From a virus, in the IMG/VR virus record IMGVR_UViG_3300045988_047070: a stretch of 64,000 bases of DNA; one strand, written 5' to 3'. A model generated the notes under the pieces. That model made no database searches and was not told the DNA's origin. It saw nothing but the letters and a program-made list of their open reading frames with translations. Positions 25,086-34,450 of the stretch are shown piece after piece. How positions within the stretch are numbered: the first letter of the stretch is position 1; each line of letters opens with the position of its first letter. A program made the translations under genes and the position numbers.

Positions 25086-25655
25086 ATGATATTAGAACTA
25101 GATACAGAACTGCTCAGTAAAATTGAGCATTTGACTATTAATCAGCTAGTATTTTTAAATCTTGTATTAGGCAATAATCAAGCTAATATCAAAGATGTCC
25201 TGTCACTTATCAGTCTGGTGAACGAGACAGAAATACAAGATTTAATTGATCAAGGCTACATAGAAAAAAAGGTTTCAGACAAAGCAGTAGTTTATCTTCC
25301 GACTGAAACTCTAACATCGCTTATCGAAAGAAAAGTTACGATGTTTGATGAATTCTATGAAGCATATCCACAGGTTGTCATTAGACCGGACGGTACAAAG
25401 AGCTTCTTACGAGCCAATAAAAACAATTGTAGAAAGCGTTATAACGCTATCGTAGGCAAGAGTAGAGCAGCTCACGAACATTTGATGGAGTGTTTAAAAT
25501 TCCAGCAGAATGAATTAACAATGACCGGTCGTATGGGTTATATGAAAACAATGTGGAAATGGCTTACCCAATGTGAATGGGAAGCACTTGACGAGCAAAT
25601 GAAATGTAGTGTTGAACAAAATGAACAAACATCTTATGGAACAACACTTATATAA
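25086..25655 (+). CDS. hypothetical protein upstream of the helicase (possible loader or organizer, by position only)
   Basis: ORF track. It overlaps the start of the helicase ORF. Confidence 0.55.
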   Translation: MILELDTELLSKIEHLTINQLVFLNLVLGNNQANIKDVLSLISLVNETEIQDLIDQGYIEKKVSDKAVVYLPTETLTSLIERKVTMFDEFYEAYPQVVIRPDGTKSFLRANKNNCRKRYNAIVGKSRAAHEHLMECLKFQQNELTMTGRMGYMKTMWKWLTQCEWEALDEQMKCSVEQNEQTSYGTTLI

Positions 25656-26592
25656 ACCATTACCATTCAAACATATATCTGAAGTAACAGAAGAAGCTTT
25701 AGAGTATATTGACATGCGTAGAAAACATGAAATTGAACCACTTAGAACAAGGTGGAAGAAATTCAATAGATTGTGTAATGGTGGCATAGAACAAGGTTGC
25801 ATCTATACAATAGTAGGTGCCTCTGGATCAGGTAAGTCCTCATTTGCAAATATGTTAGAAACTGATTTAATTAGTCTAAATCCTAATAAGAATGTTATAG
25901 TATTATCTTTTTCATTTGAAATGTTATCAAGTAGACAAGTAGGTCGAAAAATAAGCAGTTCAATGCGAAAGACTACTGCAGAATTATATAGTTCTGAATT
26001 TGATCTTCGTGATGAAGAATTTCAGAAGATACAGGAAGAAGCACAACAAATTGCTAAATTTCCTATCTACTATGTAGATTCTGCAGCTACAGTTGATCAG
26101 ATTAAGGATACGATACAGTATTTTCAAGACACTCTTGCTAAAGATAAATGGCTAGTAGTAATGCTAGATCATACACTGCTAGTAAGAGGTAGAAGTGATG
26201 AAAGTGCTTTAAATATTATTAGAGATTTACAGAACTGTTTTATAAATGCAAAAAAAGTAGGTTGCACAAGTATAATTCAGCTCTCACAAATGAACAGGAA
26301 TATTGAATCTCCTGATCGAATTAATAACCCAACATGTCATTATCCAATGCGTAGTGACATTTCTTCCGCTGATGCTATCTTTCAAGGAAGTGATGTTGTA
26401 CTTGTAATCGCCCGTCCAGAAACGTTAGGCTTTGCAGTGTACGGACCTCATCGACTCCCAGTACAAAACAAGATATATCTCCATATTCTAAAGAATAGGG
26501 AAGGACAATTAGCAATTCTTGATTTCGAAAATGATCTAGCACACAACAATATTATCGAAATTGAAAGAGGCATGGAACTAAACCCTACTTAG
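25609..26592 (+). CDS. DnaB-like replicative helicase (RecA-type C-terminal domain)
   Basis: Walker A is VGASGSGKSSFANML and Walker B is VVMLDHTLLV. A DnaB-like IIQLSQMNRN motif is present. The start is uncertain between 25609 and 25636. Confidence 0.8.
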   Translation: MLNKMNKHLMEQHLYKPLPFKHISEVTEEALEYIDMRRKHEIEPLRTRWKKFNRLCNGGIEQGCIYTIVGASGSGKSSFANMLETDLISLNPNKNVIVLSFSFEMLSSRQVGRKISSSMRKTTAELYSSEFDLRDEEFQKIQEEAQQIAKFPIYYVDSAATVDQIKDTIQYFQDTLAKDKWLVVMLDHTLLVRGRSDESALNIIRDLQNCFINAKKVGCTSIIQLSQMNRNIESPDRINNPTCHYPMRSDISSADAIFQGSDVVLVIARPETLGFAVYGPHRLPVQNKIYLHILKNREGQLAILDFENDLAHNNIIEIERGMELNPT

Positions 26593-26615
26593 TTCACAAT
26601 TAAAAAAAGACTGAT

Positions 26616-27125
26616 ATGAAAGATTATATATTCTCTTTTGGTAAATCCAACAACAATTCTTCTTACTTTGGAACAACAACAGGTAATAATTCTGTAAGTA
26701 GTTATACACAAAGCTTGTTTAATAAAGCAATGGGTTTAACTCCGTATTATCAGACTCCGTGTCGGAGTTCATATGATAGTTCGACTCCTTTTTATCTTCT
26801 TCCTTTTGCTGTAGAGAAGAAAAAGAGTCCGTTGTTCGATAGTAACTATCGCTATAAGAAGATTCAGCGTGATCTTGACGTATATGAAGCTTGGAAGAAC
26901 GCTGTAAATCGAATGAATGCATATCGTAATTATTATGGTAATGATAGTTATGAAGCATTGATTAACGGTATTCCGGCTAATTTCTTTAGCGATTTTGTAC
27001 AGATTGGAGATACTGTTATTCCGTTTAATGCAAACCGTAGCTTTTTTAACAGTTTGACTTCGGAGAGAAAAACAACAATTCTTAGTGTATCTATTACTAT
27101 TATCGAAATTTTTGTGATCGAGTAA
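26616..27125 (+). CDS. hypothetical protein (169 aa)
   Basis: ORF track. Confidence 0.55.
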   Translation: MKDYIFSFGKSNNNSSYFGTTTGNNSVSSYTQSLFNKAMGLTPYYQTPCRSSYDSSTPFYLLPFAVEKKKSPLFDSNYRYKKIQRDLDVYEAWKNAVNRMNAYRNYYGNDSYEALINGIPANFFSDFVQIGDTVIPFNANRSFFNSLTSERKTTILSVSITIIEIFVIE

Positions 27126-27214
27126 TTTTTAAAAACAACATATACTTACTATTTTCAGTATTTACAAATCTTATCATATCGTATCAAATCACAGTAAGTT
27201 AATATCTATTCATT

Positions 27215-27958
27215 ATGATAGTATTACCTACTGAAAAAGTTAAAGCCAAAGTAAAGAATCCAAGATTCTTAATATTGTTTGGTAAACCAAAATCGGGCAA
27301 AACTACTATAGCAAGTCAATTAGATTCAAATTTGATTATTGACTTAGAGGGAGGAGCTGAGTTCTTAGATTCTCTCTGTGTTCAAGCTAGAAACGTAAAT
27401 GACTTAGGCGAAATTGCTGCGGCTATTCGTCAAAAGAATAAAGAATGTAATGGCTTCTTCTATAAGCATATAACTATTGATAATGCAACAAGATTAGAAG
27501 AAATAACGTTAAGTTATGCTCTAACTCTTTATCAACAGACTCCAATGGGTAAATCCTATAGAGGAGATGTTCGAATGTTGCCTAATGGCGCTGGATGGTT
27601 TTATATCAGACAGGCTGTTAGAAAAGTTATTGATATGTTTAGAGAGTTGTGTGAAGAATTTATTTTAGTAGGTCATACTAAAGATAAATTAGTCAATAAG
27701 GATGGTGAAGAACTATCTGAAATGCAGCTTGACCTTGCTGGAAGACTTAGTGATATTATCTGTGGAGAAGCAGATGCTATAGGCTATGTCTATAGAAAGA
27801 AAAACCAGACATTAATTTCGTTTCAGGGCGGAGAAAACAATATAGTAGAAGCGAGAGCGCCTCATCTTAGAGGCCAGAAAATTGTTATTGCTGAAAGTGA
27901 TAACGAAGGTAAGTTAGTTACCTATTGGGATAGAATTTATTTGCCTAATAATGATTAA
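27215..27958 (+). CDS. RecA-fold ATPase (Sak4/AAA_24-like)
   Basis: The N-terminal Walker A is FLILFGKPKSGKTT and the Walker B-like motif is FILVGHTKDK. Size and its position next to the SSB fit this call. Confidence 0.6.
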   Translation: MIVLPTEKVKAKVKNPRFLILFGKPKSGKTTIASQLDSNLIIDLEGGAEFLDSLCVQARNVNDLGEIAAAIRQKNKECNGFFYKHITIDNATRLEEITLSYALTLYQQTPMGKSYRGDVRMLPNGAGWFYIRQAVRKVIDMFRELCEEFILVGHTKDKLVNKDGEELSEMQLDLAGRLSDIICGEADAIGYVYRKKNQTLISFQGGENNIVEARAPHLRGQKIVIAESDNEGKLVTYWDRIYLPNND

Positions 27959-27969
27959 AATATACGTAT

Positions 27970-28605
27970 ATGTACAGTTCTAGCAGAGCAAAAAAGATTG
28001 TAAAAAACGATGTAGCATTTTTAAGTGCAGGTATTCATGATAATGTCCATTTAATTGGAGTTAGATATGAGACCTCAATTCAAGATAACAGTTTTATCGA
28101 ATTTAAGTTCGAAAAAGAAGGTAGGATTATGACTCACACTGAGTGGGAACCGAGAAAGAAAACAAGTTTCGGTGAGCTTACTCAGGATGAGTTTGAGTTA
28201 AAGTGTGATAAGCAATTTTCTCGTGTAAAGCAGATTTTAGAGTGTTTTTATGACGAGGATAAGTTGCAATTTGAAGGTGAAAGCTTCAAAGAGTATGCTA
28301 AATGGGTAGTAGGACTTTTGTCTGCAGATAATATTAAGGATAAAGCCTTAAGAGTAAAAGTTGTCTATAATGATAAAGGTTATACTACACTTCCGAAGTA
28401 TGCGAAATACACGTTTATCGAGCCTATGTCTACAGTAGATGCTGGTGAATCAATGATTACTAAGTTAGGAATTGATTTATTTGAAAAGCCTATTGTAGCT
28501 GATGTCGAGAAACAAAATGCTAATCCATTCCAAGTAGTAAATGGTACATTAGAAAGTGTTGATGTTACAACAAGTAACAATAGTGAGGATGATTTGCCTT
28601 TCTAA
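27970..28605 (+). CDS. single-stranded DNA-binding protein (SSB-like)
   Basis: The C-terminal acidic tip NNSEDDLPF resembles the DDDIPF tip of bacterial SSB. It lies within the replication and recombination module. Confidence 0.6.
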   Translation: MYSSSRAKKIVKNDVAFLSAGIHDNVHLIGVRYETSIQDNSFIEFKFEKEGRIMTHTEWEPRKKTSFGELTQDEFELKCDKQFSRVKQILECFYDEDKLQFEGESFKEYAKWVVGLLSADNIKDKALRVKVVYNDKGYTTLPKYAKYTFIEPMSTVDAGESMITKLGIDLFEKPIVADVEKQNANPFQVVNGTLESVDVTTSNNSEDDLPF

Positions 28606-28696
28606 AAAAGGTAGAACATTATATAACCAATTAAATTGGGGGGGGGGTAACAAAAGTTACTCTCCCTTTTTTATTAACCTCAAAAAGTAGTTTATT

Positions 28697-30016
28697 ATGT
28701 TAGATATTCAAGAGTTAGAATCAAAGTTAACAGATTTAAAATATTCAGTAAAAAATGGTAAGATTAGTGGTAATGCAAAAGGATATGATGACTTAGAACA
28801 TCCACTTCTGCAGATGATGCAACAGTTTGTTGAAAACGGTAAACAAACTGAGTGGGAAAAAATGTTCAAACAAGCATCTGAAAAGATGTTGAATGATGAA
28901 GGGTCTGAGTCTAACGGTAGCATCGGAGACAATCTTACTACTAAAACAAAGCCAAAAGATCTAGAGGTTGGTGATGAGTTTTTTGGTAGTATTACTACTA
29001 CTATTAAAGACGAAAAAGGTAAAAATAAACGTATAAAACCGATAGATTTTTGGAAAGTCATAGAGAAAGATACCAGTTTTGGAACTAAATACACTCTTAC
29101 AAACAATAAAGGAGAGAAGTTCAAAACATCTGCTTCTGGGATTACTATGCGTAAAGCTAGTGAGTTTCAGGATAAACTTCGTAAAGAACTTGAAAAACTT
29201 AAACAGAAGTTAGAGGAAGAAAAGAAACGTTTAGCTGAAGAAGCTAAATATGTTGATATATCCAAAATGGAACCAGAGGAACAATTGAAGAAGATTATTG
29301 AAGCTGGTATGCGAAACATTTGGATGGTAGGTCCTGCAGGATGTGGTAAATCTACTATGGCTCGCAATGTTGCAAATGAACTTAATATTCCGTATTTATG
29401 TATTTCTTGTGGTATTGGTACTTCTGCTACGGAATTCGTAGGGTATAAGTATCCTACTCGAGAATCTACTAAGTTTGCAGAATATTATGCTAAGCCATCT
29501 GTTATCTTGATTGATGAGATGACTGCATTAGACCCCGCAGTAGGTCAAGTATTAAATGCTGCTCTTGCTAACGGTGAGATTGAGACTACTACTGGTTTAG
29601 TATGTCGTCACCCCGAGTGTATCATCATTGCTACTTCTAATACGTTTGGCAATGGTGCGAGTCGACAGTATGTGGCTAATAATCAATTAGACGCATCTAC
29701 TATTGACCGATTCACCGGTGGCATTATAGAAGTTAACTATTCTGTAGATTACGAAAGTCAGTATGATACTGATGTAGTAAACTACGTATGGAAACTTCGT
29801 GAGATAATCAAAGAGTGTAATCTACGCCGAGTTGCATCTACGCGTATGATTCAGTCTGGACACCTTATGAAGAAGGCTTATTTTAAGAATTGGAAAGAAA
29901 TGTTGATTACTAACTGGACTGATTCTGAGAAAGAAATGGTCAATAAAGAGTTAGATTTTTCAACTCGTTTTCTACAAACATCTGAAACTAAATCCGAAAT
30001 TAAAAAGGCAGCGTGA
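28697..30016 (+). CDS. AAA ATPase (MoxR/AAA_5-like) with N-terminal charged coiled region
   Basis: Walker A is MVGPAGCGKST and Walker B is VILIDEMTAL. The sensor motif is IIATSNT. Confidence 0.7.
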   Translation: MLDIQELESKLTDLKYSVKNGKISGNAKGYDDLEHPLLQMMQQFVENGKQTEWEKMFKQASEKMLNDEGSESNGSIGDNLTTKTKPKDLEVGDEFFGSITTTIKDEKGKNKRIKPIDFWKVIEKDTSFGTKYTLTNNKGEKFKTSASGITMRKASEFQDKLRKELEKLKQKLEEEKKRLAEEAKYVDISKMEPEEQLKKIIEAGMRNIWMVGPAGCGKSTMARNVANELNIPYLCISCGIGTSATEFVGYKYPTRESTKFAEYYAKPSVILIDEMTALDPAVGQVLNAALANGEIETTTGLVCRHPECIIIATSNTFGNGASRQYVANNQLDASTIDRFTGGIIEVNYSVDYESQYDTDVVNYVWKLREIIKECNLRRVASTRMIQSGHLMKKAYFKNWKEMLITNWTDSEKEMVNKELDFSTRFLQTSETKSEIKKAA

Positions 30017-30017
30017 C

Positions 30018-30827
30018 ATGGGTAAAAAGCTGGAGACACATTTTGATAATCTCGATAAATTTTACACTGAGTGTGAAGTTCAAGAAGATACAGGTAGTCC
30101 TGATAAATATAAGGAGATTTCTAGAGTAGATGATCCTGAATGGGTAGGACTAACTAAAGAAGAGATTCAGAAGTCTAAATACTTTTATAAAGAAGGTTTA
30201 GATAAACTTGAGAAGTTAGATGAAAATCTTATATTTGGAGGATCAAAAACTAACTACAAGTATGATGAAAATGATGGAGACGATATGAATTACGATAGAT
30301 TTATCGAAGGATTACCGTCTCTTAGGAAAAGACAAAGAACTGGAGGAGATAAAAACGGAAAATTTATTAAACTACATGTAGGAATATGCGAAAGTTGTAT
30401 AGTATCTGCAAAAGATATGCTTTATAAGTCATATACTGCTTTAAAACTTGCAGATTATTTAGAATCTCAAGGTTATCGTGTGCAGATTTCAACATTTGCT
30501 GAAGTAGAATCGTTAGGTTATTACAAAGAAGAGCATATTGAGTATCTATTAGTAGAAGTAGTATTTAAGCGATTTGAAGACCCCTTAATATTACCTACTA
30601 TGCTTACATGTGTATCTCCTTGGTTTTTTAGATATCATATGTTCAGATTTTGGACTGCCAAATTTAAATGTGGTTGGGGGCTAGGTCATGTTCCTAGACA
30701 AACTAGGAAAAGTACTAAATCTGACATTTATATCTCTTCAGGAGAGTGCCTGTGCGAAGAAGGCGCTAAAGAAAAAATTGAAGAAATTAAAAAACTTTTT
30801 GACACTGATCATGGGGATGAGGAATAG
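30018..30827 (+). CDS. hypothetical protein, tightly coupled partner of the AAA ATPase
   Basis: ORF track. It starts 2 nt after the ATPase stop. Confidence 0.6.
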   Translation: MGKKLETHFDNLDKFYTECEVQEDTGSPDKYKEISRVDDPEWVGLTKEEIQKSKYFYKEGLDKLEKLDENLIFGGSKTNYKYDENDGDDMNYDRFIEGLPSLRKRQRTGGDKNGKFIKLHVGICESCIVSAKDMLYKSYTALKLADYLESQGYRVQISTFAEVESLGYYKEEHIEYLLVEVVFKRFEDPLILPTMLTCVSPWFFRYHMFRFWTAKFKCGWGLGHVPRQTRKSTKSDIYISSGECLCEEGAKEKIEEIKKLFDTDHGDEE

Positions 30828-30929
30828 GTATTATCGCACGTAAGTGGATGTACTGTCTGGTAAAGAAATACAAAGTCTGAAAAGGACGACAGAATACCTA
30901 GATTGGAGCTAGTTAATATATACTAGCAT

Positions 30930-30946
30930 GGGGGTTCGAATCCCCC
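30930..30946 (+). other. isolated tRNA T-arm-like hairpin
   Basis: GGGGG-TTCGAAT-CCCCC. No matching 5' acceptor strand for TCTCACA was found within 100 nt upstream. Confidence 0.4.
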
Positions 30947-30958
30947 TCTCACACAAAA

Positions 30959-31053
30959 AGAGAGTAAGCACATAATCCTAGTAGAGGATAAGCAGATGTG
31001 TGAATAGCCCGGTATTTTTTACCTAAGGAGAGGTGCAAGTCCTCTACTCTCAC
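30959..31053 (+). tRNA. long (95 nt) tRNA-like element, core not canonical
   Basis: The acceptor AGAGAGT/ACTCTCA has 6 bp plus an A1/A72 mismatch, with C73. The T-like arm is AGAGG-TGCAAGT-CCTCT. Internal helices are CACAT/ATGTG, ATCCT/AGGAT and GGTA/TACC. Confidence 0.35.
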
Positions 31054-31068
31054 TAAAATTGCTATATT

Positions 31069-32031
31069 ATGTACGACTCTAAGAGAATTAAAAAAGAGGA
31101 TCCTATTACTTTAGATTACATTCTATCTAGAGTAACAGAGTATGATATATATGCACGTTATATAGGGCAATTTAAAATAGGTTATATCTATAATAGTCCA
31201 TTTAGAGAAGATAAAAATCCTTCATTTGGGATATTTAGAAGTAGGAAAACAGGTAAACTGTTATTTAAAGATCACGGTAATGGTATTTGCGGTGATGTAA
31301 TTAGATTTGTGCAAGAATATACTGGCATAACTAATTATAATGAACTACTAAAGCAGATTGTGAAAGATCTGAATATAAAAAACAACACTGTTTTAAAGAG
31401 TACTAAAGCGTATGAAAAGTCTGAAGAAACCGTAATTGGAGTAGTAAGACAAGAATTCACTAATGTTGATAAAGAATTTTGGCAACAGTTTGGTATTACT
31501 CTAGATACATTAAAGAGATATAATGTAAGTAGTATTAAATACTATTTATGTGACGGAATCGTAAAAGGTATTTATAAAGATGAAAGTCCGATGTATGCAT
31601 ATAAGGTTTATGATAAATTTAAAATTTATAGGCCTTTAGCAGATAAATACACTAAATGGCGTAATAATCTTACTGAGTACGACATTCAAGGATTAGAACA
31701 ACTTCCTGAAAAGGGAGAATTATTGATTATAACTAAATCTCTCAAAGACGTAATGTGTTTAAGAGAAATGGGTTATGATGCAATATCTCCGTCATCAGAA
31801 AGTACATTTATTCCAGTTAATATCTTAGACATATTAAAGAAGCGTTTTAAGCGTATATTAGTATGTTTTGATAGAGATCCTGCAGGAGTCAAAAATATGC
31901 GTAAGATAAGCAAGAAAACAGGCTTAAATGGATTTTTAGTACATAAGAAATTCCAAAGTAAAGATATTAGTGATGCCGTTAAGAATAACGGCTTTGAAGT
32001 TATTAAAAACTGGTTAAATAAAACACTATGA
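31069..32031 (+). CDS. DnaG-type DNA primase (Toprim), degenerate zinc-ribbon
   Basis: SPFREDKNPSFGIF...FKDHGNGICGDVIRFV mirrors the DnaG motif CPFHxEKTPSF...CFGCGxxGD, but the Cys and His ligands are lost. The Toprim region is LIITKSLKDVM ... LVCFDRDPAG. Confidence 0.75.
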   Translation: MYDSKRIKKEDPITLDYILSRVTEYDIYARYIGQFKIGYIYNSPFREDKNPSFGIFRSRKTGKLLFKDHGNGICGDVIRFVQEYTGITNYNELLKQIVKDLNIKNNTVLKSTKAYEKSEETVIGVVRQEFTNVDKEFWQQFGITLDTLKRYNVSSIKYYLCDGIVKGIYKDESPMYAYKVYDKFKIYRPLADKYTKWRNNLTEYDIQGLEQLPEKGELLIITKSLKDVMCLREMGYDAISPSSESTFIPVNILDILKKRFKRILVCFDRDPAGVKNMRKISKKTGLNGFLVHKKFQSKDISDAVKNNGFEVIKNWLNKTL

Positions 32032-32312
32032 AAATATTAAAAAAGATTTGGAAAGGTATTCGATTCGGTATTGGTATATTATTTACTATTCCGTTTCTTA
32101 TTAGCCTTTTTTGTATGTATTTGTTTGGTATTACTGTGGCTATTTTTGACTATTCGATCATTAACAAAATTGCTGAAAAATTCAGCATAGTTAATGACAA
32201 AGTTGAAAATAAACGGAATACACAAATATTAGTAACTAAAAAAGAGTTAGAAGACTTAATTGCAGAACTTGAGAACCTAAAAAAGGAGGCACTTGATGAT
32301 CGAGCTGCTTAG
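32028..32312 (+). CDS. small membrane protein (94 aa)
   Basis: ORF track. The hydrophobic stretch is GIGILFTIPFLISLFCMYLFGITVAIF. It has a 4-nt overlap with the primase gene. Confidence 0.55.
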   Translation: MKILKKIWKGIRFGIGILFTIPFLISLFCMYLFGITVAIFDYSIINKIAEKFSIVNDKVENKRNTQILVTKKELEDLIAELENLKKEALDDRAA

Positions 32313-32425
32313 TACTACAATTACTGTTAATTTAGTGGCTTTAATATCCTTTATTGTTTTATGTTGTACTATTAGCAACATACTCAATCTTCTTTCGTTT
32401 AAGAAGTTGTTAAAACAAATTTTAG

Positions 32426-32830
32426 ATGAAAAAGAAAAAGAGTCTAAACAAGAAAGTGATAAATGCGACTCCAACGGTCTTTGATAATATTAAATTTCGA
32501 AGTAAGTTAGAAGTATATACATATAAAGCACTAAAAGAAAATAAACTGAAAGCTGAGTATGAACCTATAAAATTTGAATTAGTTCCCAGCTTTCAGTTTA
32601 AAGACAAAAAGATACGTCCTATGACATATACTCCAGATTTTGTAGGTAATAACTTTATAATTGAAGCAAAAGGTAGACCTAATGATGTCTTTCCTTATAA
32701 GTGGAAATTATTTCAGTACAACCTAGTTAAATCAGGTTTAGATGAACAGTATCATTTATTTATTGTTCATAATCATAAGGAAGTAGATGAATGTATTAAA
32801 CAAATAAAACAGTTAACTGATGGAAAATAA
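32426..32830 (+). CDS. PD-(D/E)xK nuclease, DUF1064-like (possible junction resolvase)
   Basis: The pattern is FDNIKFRSKLEVYTYKAL...YTPDF...IIEAKG...KWKLF. Confidence 0.6.
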   Translation: MKKKKSLNKKVINATPTVFDNIKFRSKLEVYTYKALKENKLKAEYEPIKFELVPSFQFKDKKIRPMTYTPDFVGNNFIIEAKGRPNDVFPYKWKLFQYNLVKSGLDEQYHLFIVHNHKEVDECIKQIKQLTDGK

Positions 32831-32913
32831 AAACGTATTAGAAGAATATGATCTGATTGTTGATCTAGGTCCAGTAAAGGACGAGGAAGAATCAGAAAAT
32901 GTAGAAGAATAAT

Positions 32914-33933
32914 ATGGATTTAAGTATACCTTACTATGATGACAATTCTCGTATATCTAATAGTAATTTAGGGCAATTCTTAAAGAAAGGTCCAAAATAT
33001 TTAAAAGATATGCTAGAAGGAAACGCTGAAGGTCTTAAAGCTAGTTATTTAGATAAAGGAACAATGATACACATGTATATTCTTCAACCTGAAGAATTTT
33101 GGGCACATTATCGAATACTAGATTTTGAAACTCCAAGTAGTAAACAACAACAATTATTTGCTGATAAACTAGTTGGTACTGTAGAAATTGATCCAGATTT
33201 AGCCCTTATAAAGGCTTATTCTGATGCCTATAGTACAAAAGGTAAGAGTGAAGAAAAAATACTCTTAGAAGCCAAGGAAATGGCTAAAAAGCTAGAAAAC
33301 TACATAGAGTATCTTAAGACTGAACGGCAAACTGAGTTGAAATCTATTTCATTTGCTGATCTGAATATGCTAAAAACTATTAAGCAGAACATTCAGAACC
33401 ACAAGAAAGCAAATGAATTATTATATAAACAACCGCAAACTTGCGAACAAAACAACGAGTTCCACATAAATTGGGAATTTCCAAAAGCTTACGAAAACTA
33501 TCATTTATCTTGTAAGTCTTTGTTAGACAGGCTAATGATAGATCACACTCTAAAGAAGATTACATTAGTAGATTTAAAAACTACTGCTGATGTATGGAAT
33601 TTTGAACATTCTATTGAAGAGTATGATTATAGAAGACAATTAGCTTACTATTGGTTAGCAATTCATTGGTACTTTAAGTACGAACTGAATATAGATATAG
33701 ATGAATATACAAAAGAAACCTATATCATTGCTATCCAAAGTAATAATGGATATGAAGTTAGAGTTATTAACTTTACTCCAGAATGTATAGAAGAAAGACT
33801 TACAATAATATCAGAAACTATCAGAAGAATATGCTGGCATAAACAAAACGATTTATGGGACCACTCTAGAGAGTATTACGATGGAGATGGATCAGAAGTG
33901 TATGATGGAAATGATAGTATCTCTGTTCTTTAA
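32914..33933 (+). CDS. RecB/Cas4-family PD-(D/E)xK exonuclease
   Basis: Motifs are GTMIHMYIL, LLDRLMID...ITLVDLKTT, and a QxxxY-type RRQLAYYWLA. Confidence 0.65.
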   Translation: MDLSIPYYDDNSRISNSNLGQFLKKGPKYLKDMLEGNAEGLKASYLDKGTMIHMYILQPEEFWAHYRILDFETPSSKQQQLFADKLVGTVEIDPDLALIKAYSDAYSTKGKSEEKILLEAKEMAKKLENYIEYLKTERQTELKSISFADLNMLKTIKQNIQNHKKANELLYKQPQTCEQNNEFHINWEFPKAYENYHLSCKSLLDRLMIDHTLKKITLVDLKTTADVWNFEHSIEEYDYRRQLAYYWLAIHWYFKYELNIDIDEYTKETYIIAIQSNNGYEVRVINFTPECIEERLTIISETIRRICWHKQNDLWDHSREYYDGDGSEVYDGNDSISVL

Positions 33934-34387
33934 TAAATGTTATTCTAATATTGTATTAAAGAAGTTATCTACCTATTTTATAAAAGAAAACCTGCACATA
34001 AGTTATGCAGGTTTATCATATACTGAATATATAAATTTGTGTAAATTATATAAACAGCATAATTTATATTTAGGTCACTATAGATATAAAGGAGATATAG
34101 ATTATCATACCATCTTCATATTTAAAATAAATCCGAAGCATGATAGACTAATATATACAATAAAGAATAGATATTATCATCTATTACCTCTTAAAGTAAA
34201 AGAGCACATTACTCAGTTTACTAATAAGAATGTATTTATTAGTTCAAGTGCTAGAATAAATGATAGTATTATGAAAGATGAAGTAACGTTAACAGTGAGA
34301 GAAGAACTATTTATAATGCAAATGGCTGAGCAACAAGACGTTCAAGAGCCAACATTGCTTGAAGATACAGATTGCCTTGGATTTTAG
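33881..34387 (+). CDS. hypothetical protein (start uncertain)
   Basis: ORF track. It is the last plus-strand gene before the convergence point. Confidence 0.45.
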   Translation: MEMDQKCMMEMIVSLFFNKCYSNIVLKKLSTYFIKENLHISYAGLSYTEYINLCKLYKQHNLYLGHYRYKGDIDYHTIFIFKINPKHDRLIYTIKNRYYHLLPLKVKEHITQFTNKNVFISSSARINDSIMKDEVTLTVREELFIMQMAEQQDVQEPTLLEDTDCLGF

Positions 34388-34408
34388 TATCCAAAACTTA
34401 ATTGTTTG

Positions 34409-34450
34409 AAAAAAGAAAGGGGTCGTTGTGAAACGATCCCTTTTTTGTTT
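34409..34450. terminator. bidirectional rho-independent terminator at the convergence of the early (+) and late (-) blocks
   Basis: GGGGTCGTT-GTGA-AACGATCCC forms 9 bp including one G-U pair. It is flanked by AAAAAAGAAA upstream and TTTTTTGTTT downstream. Confidence 0.75.
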
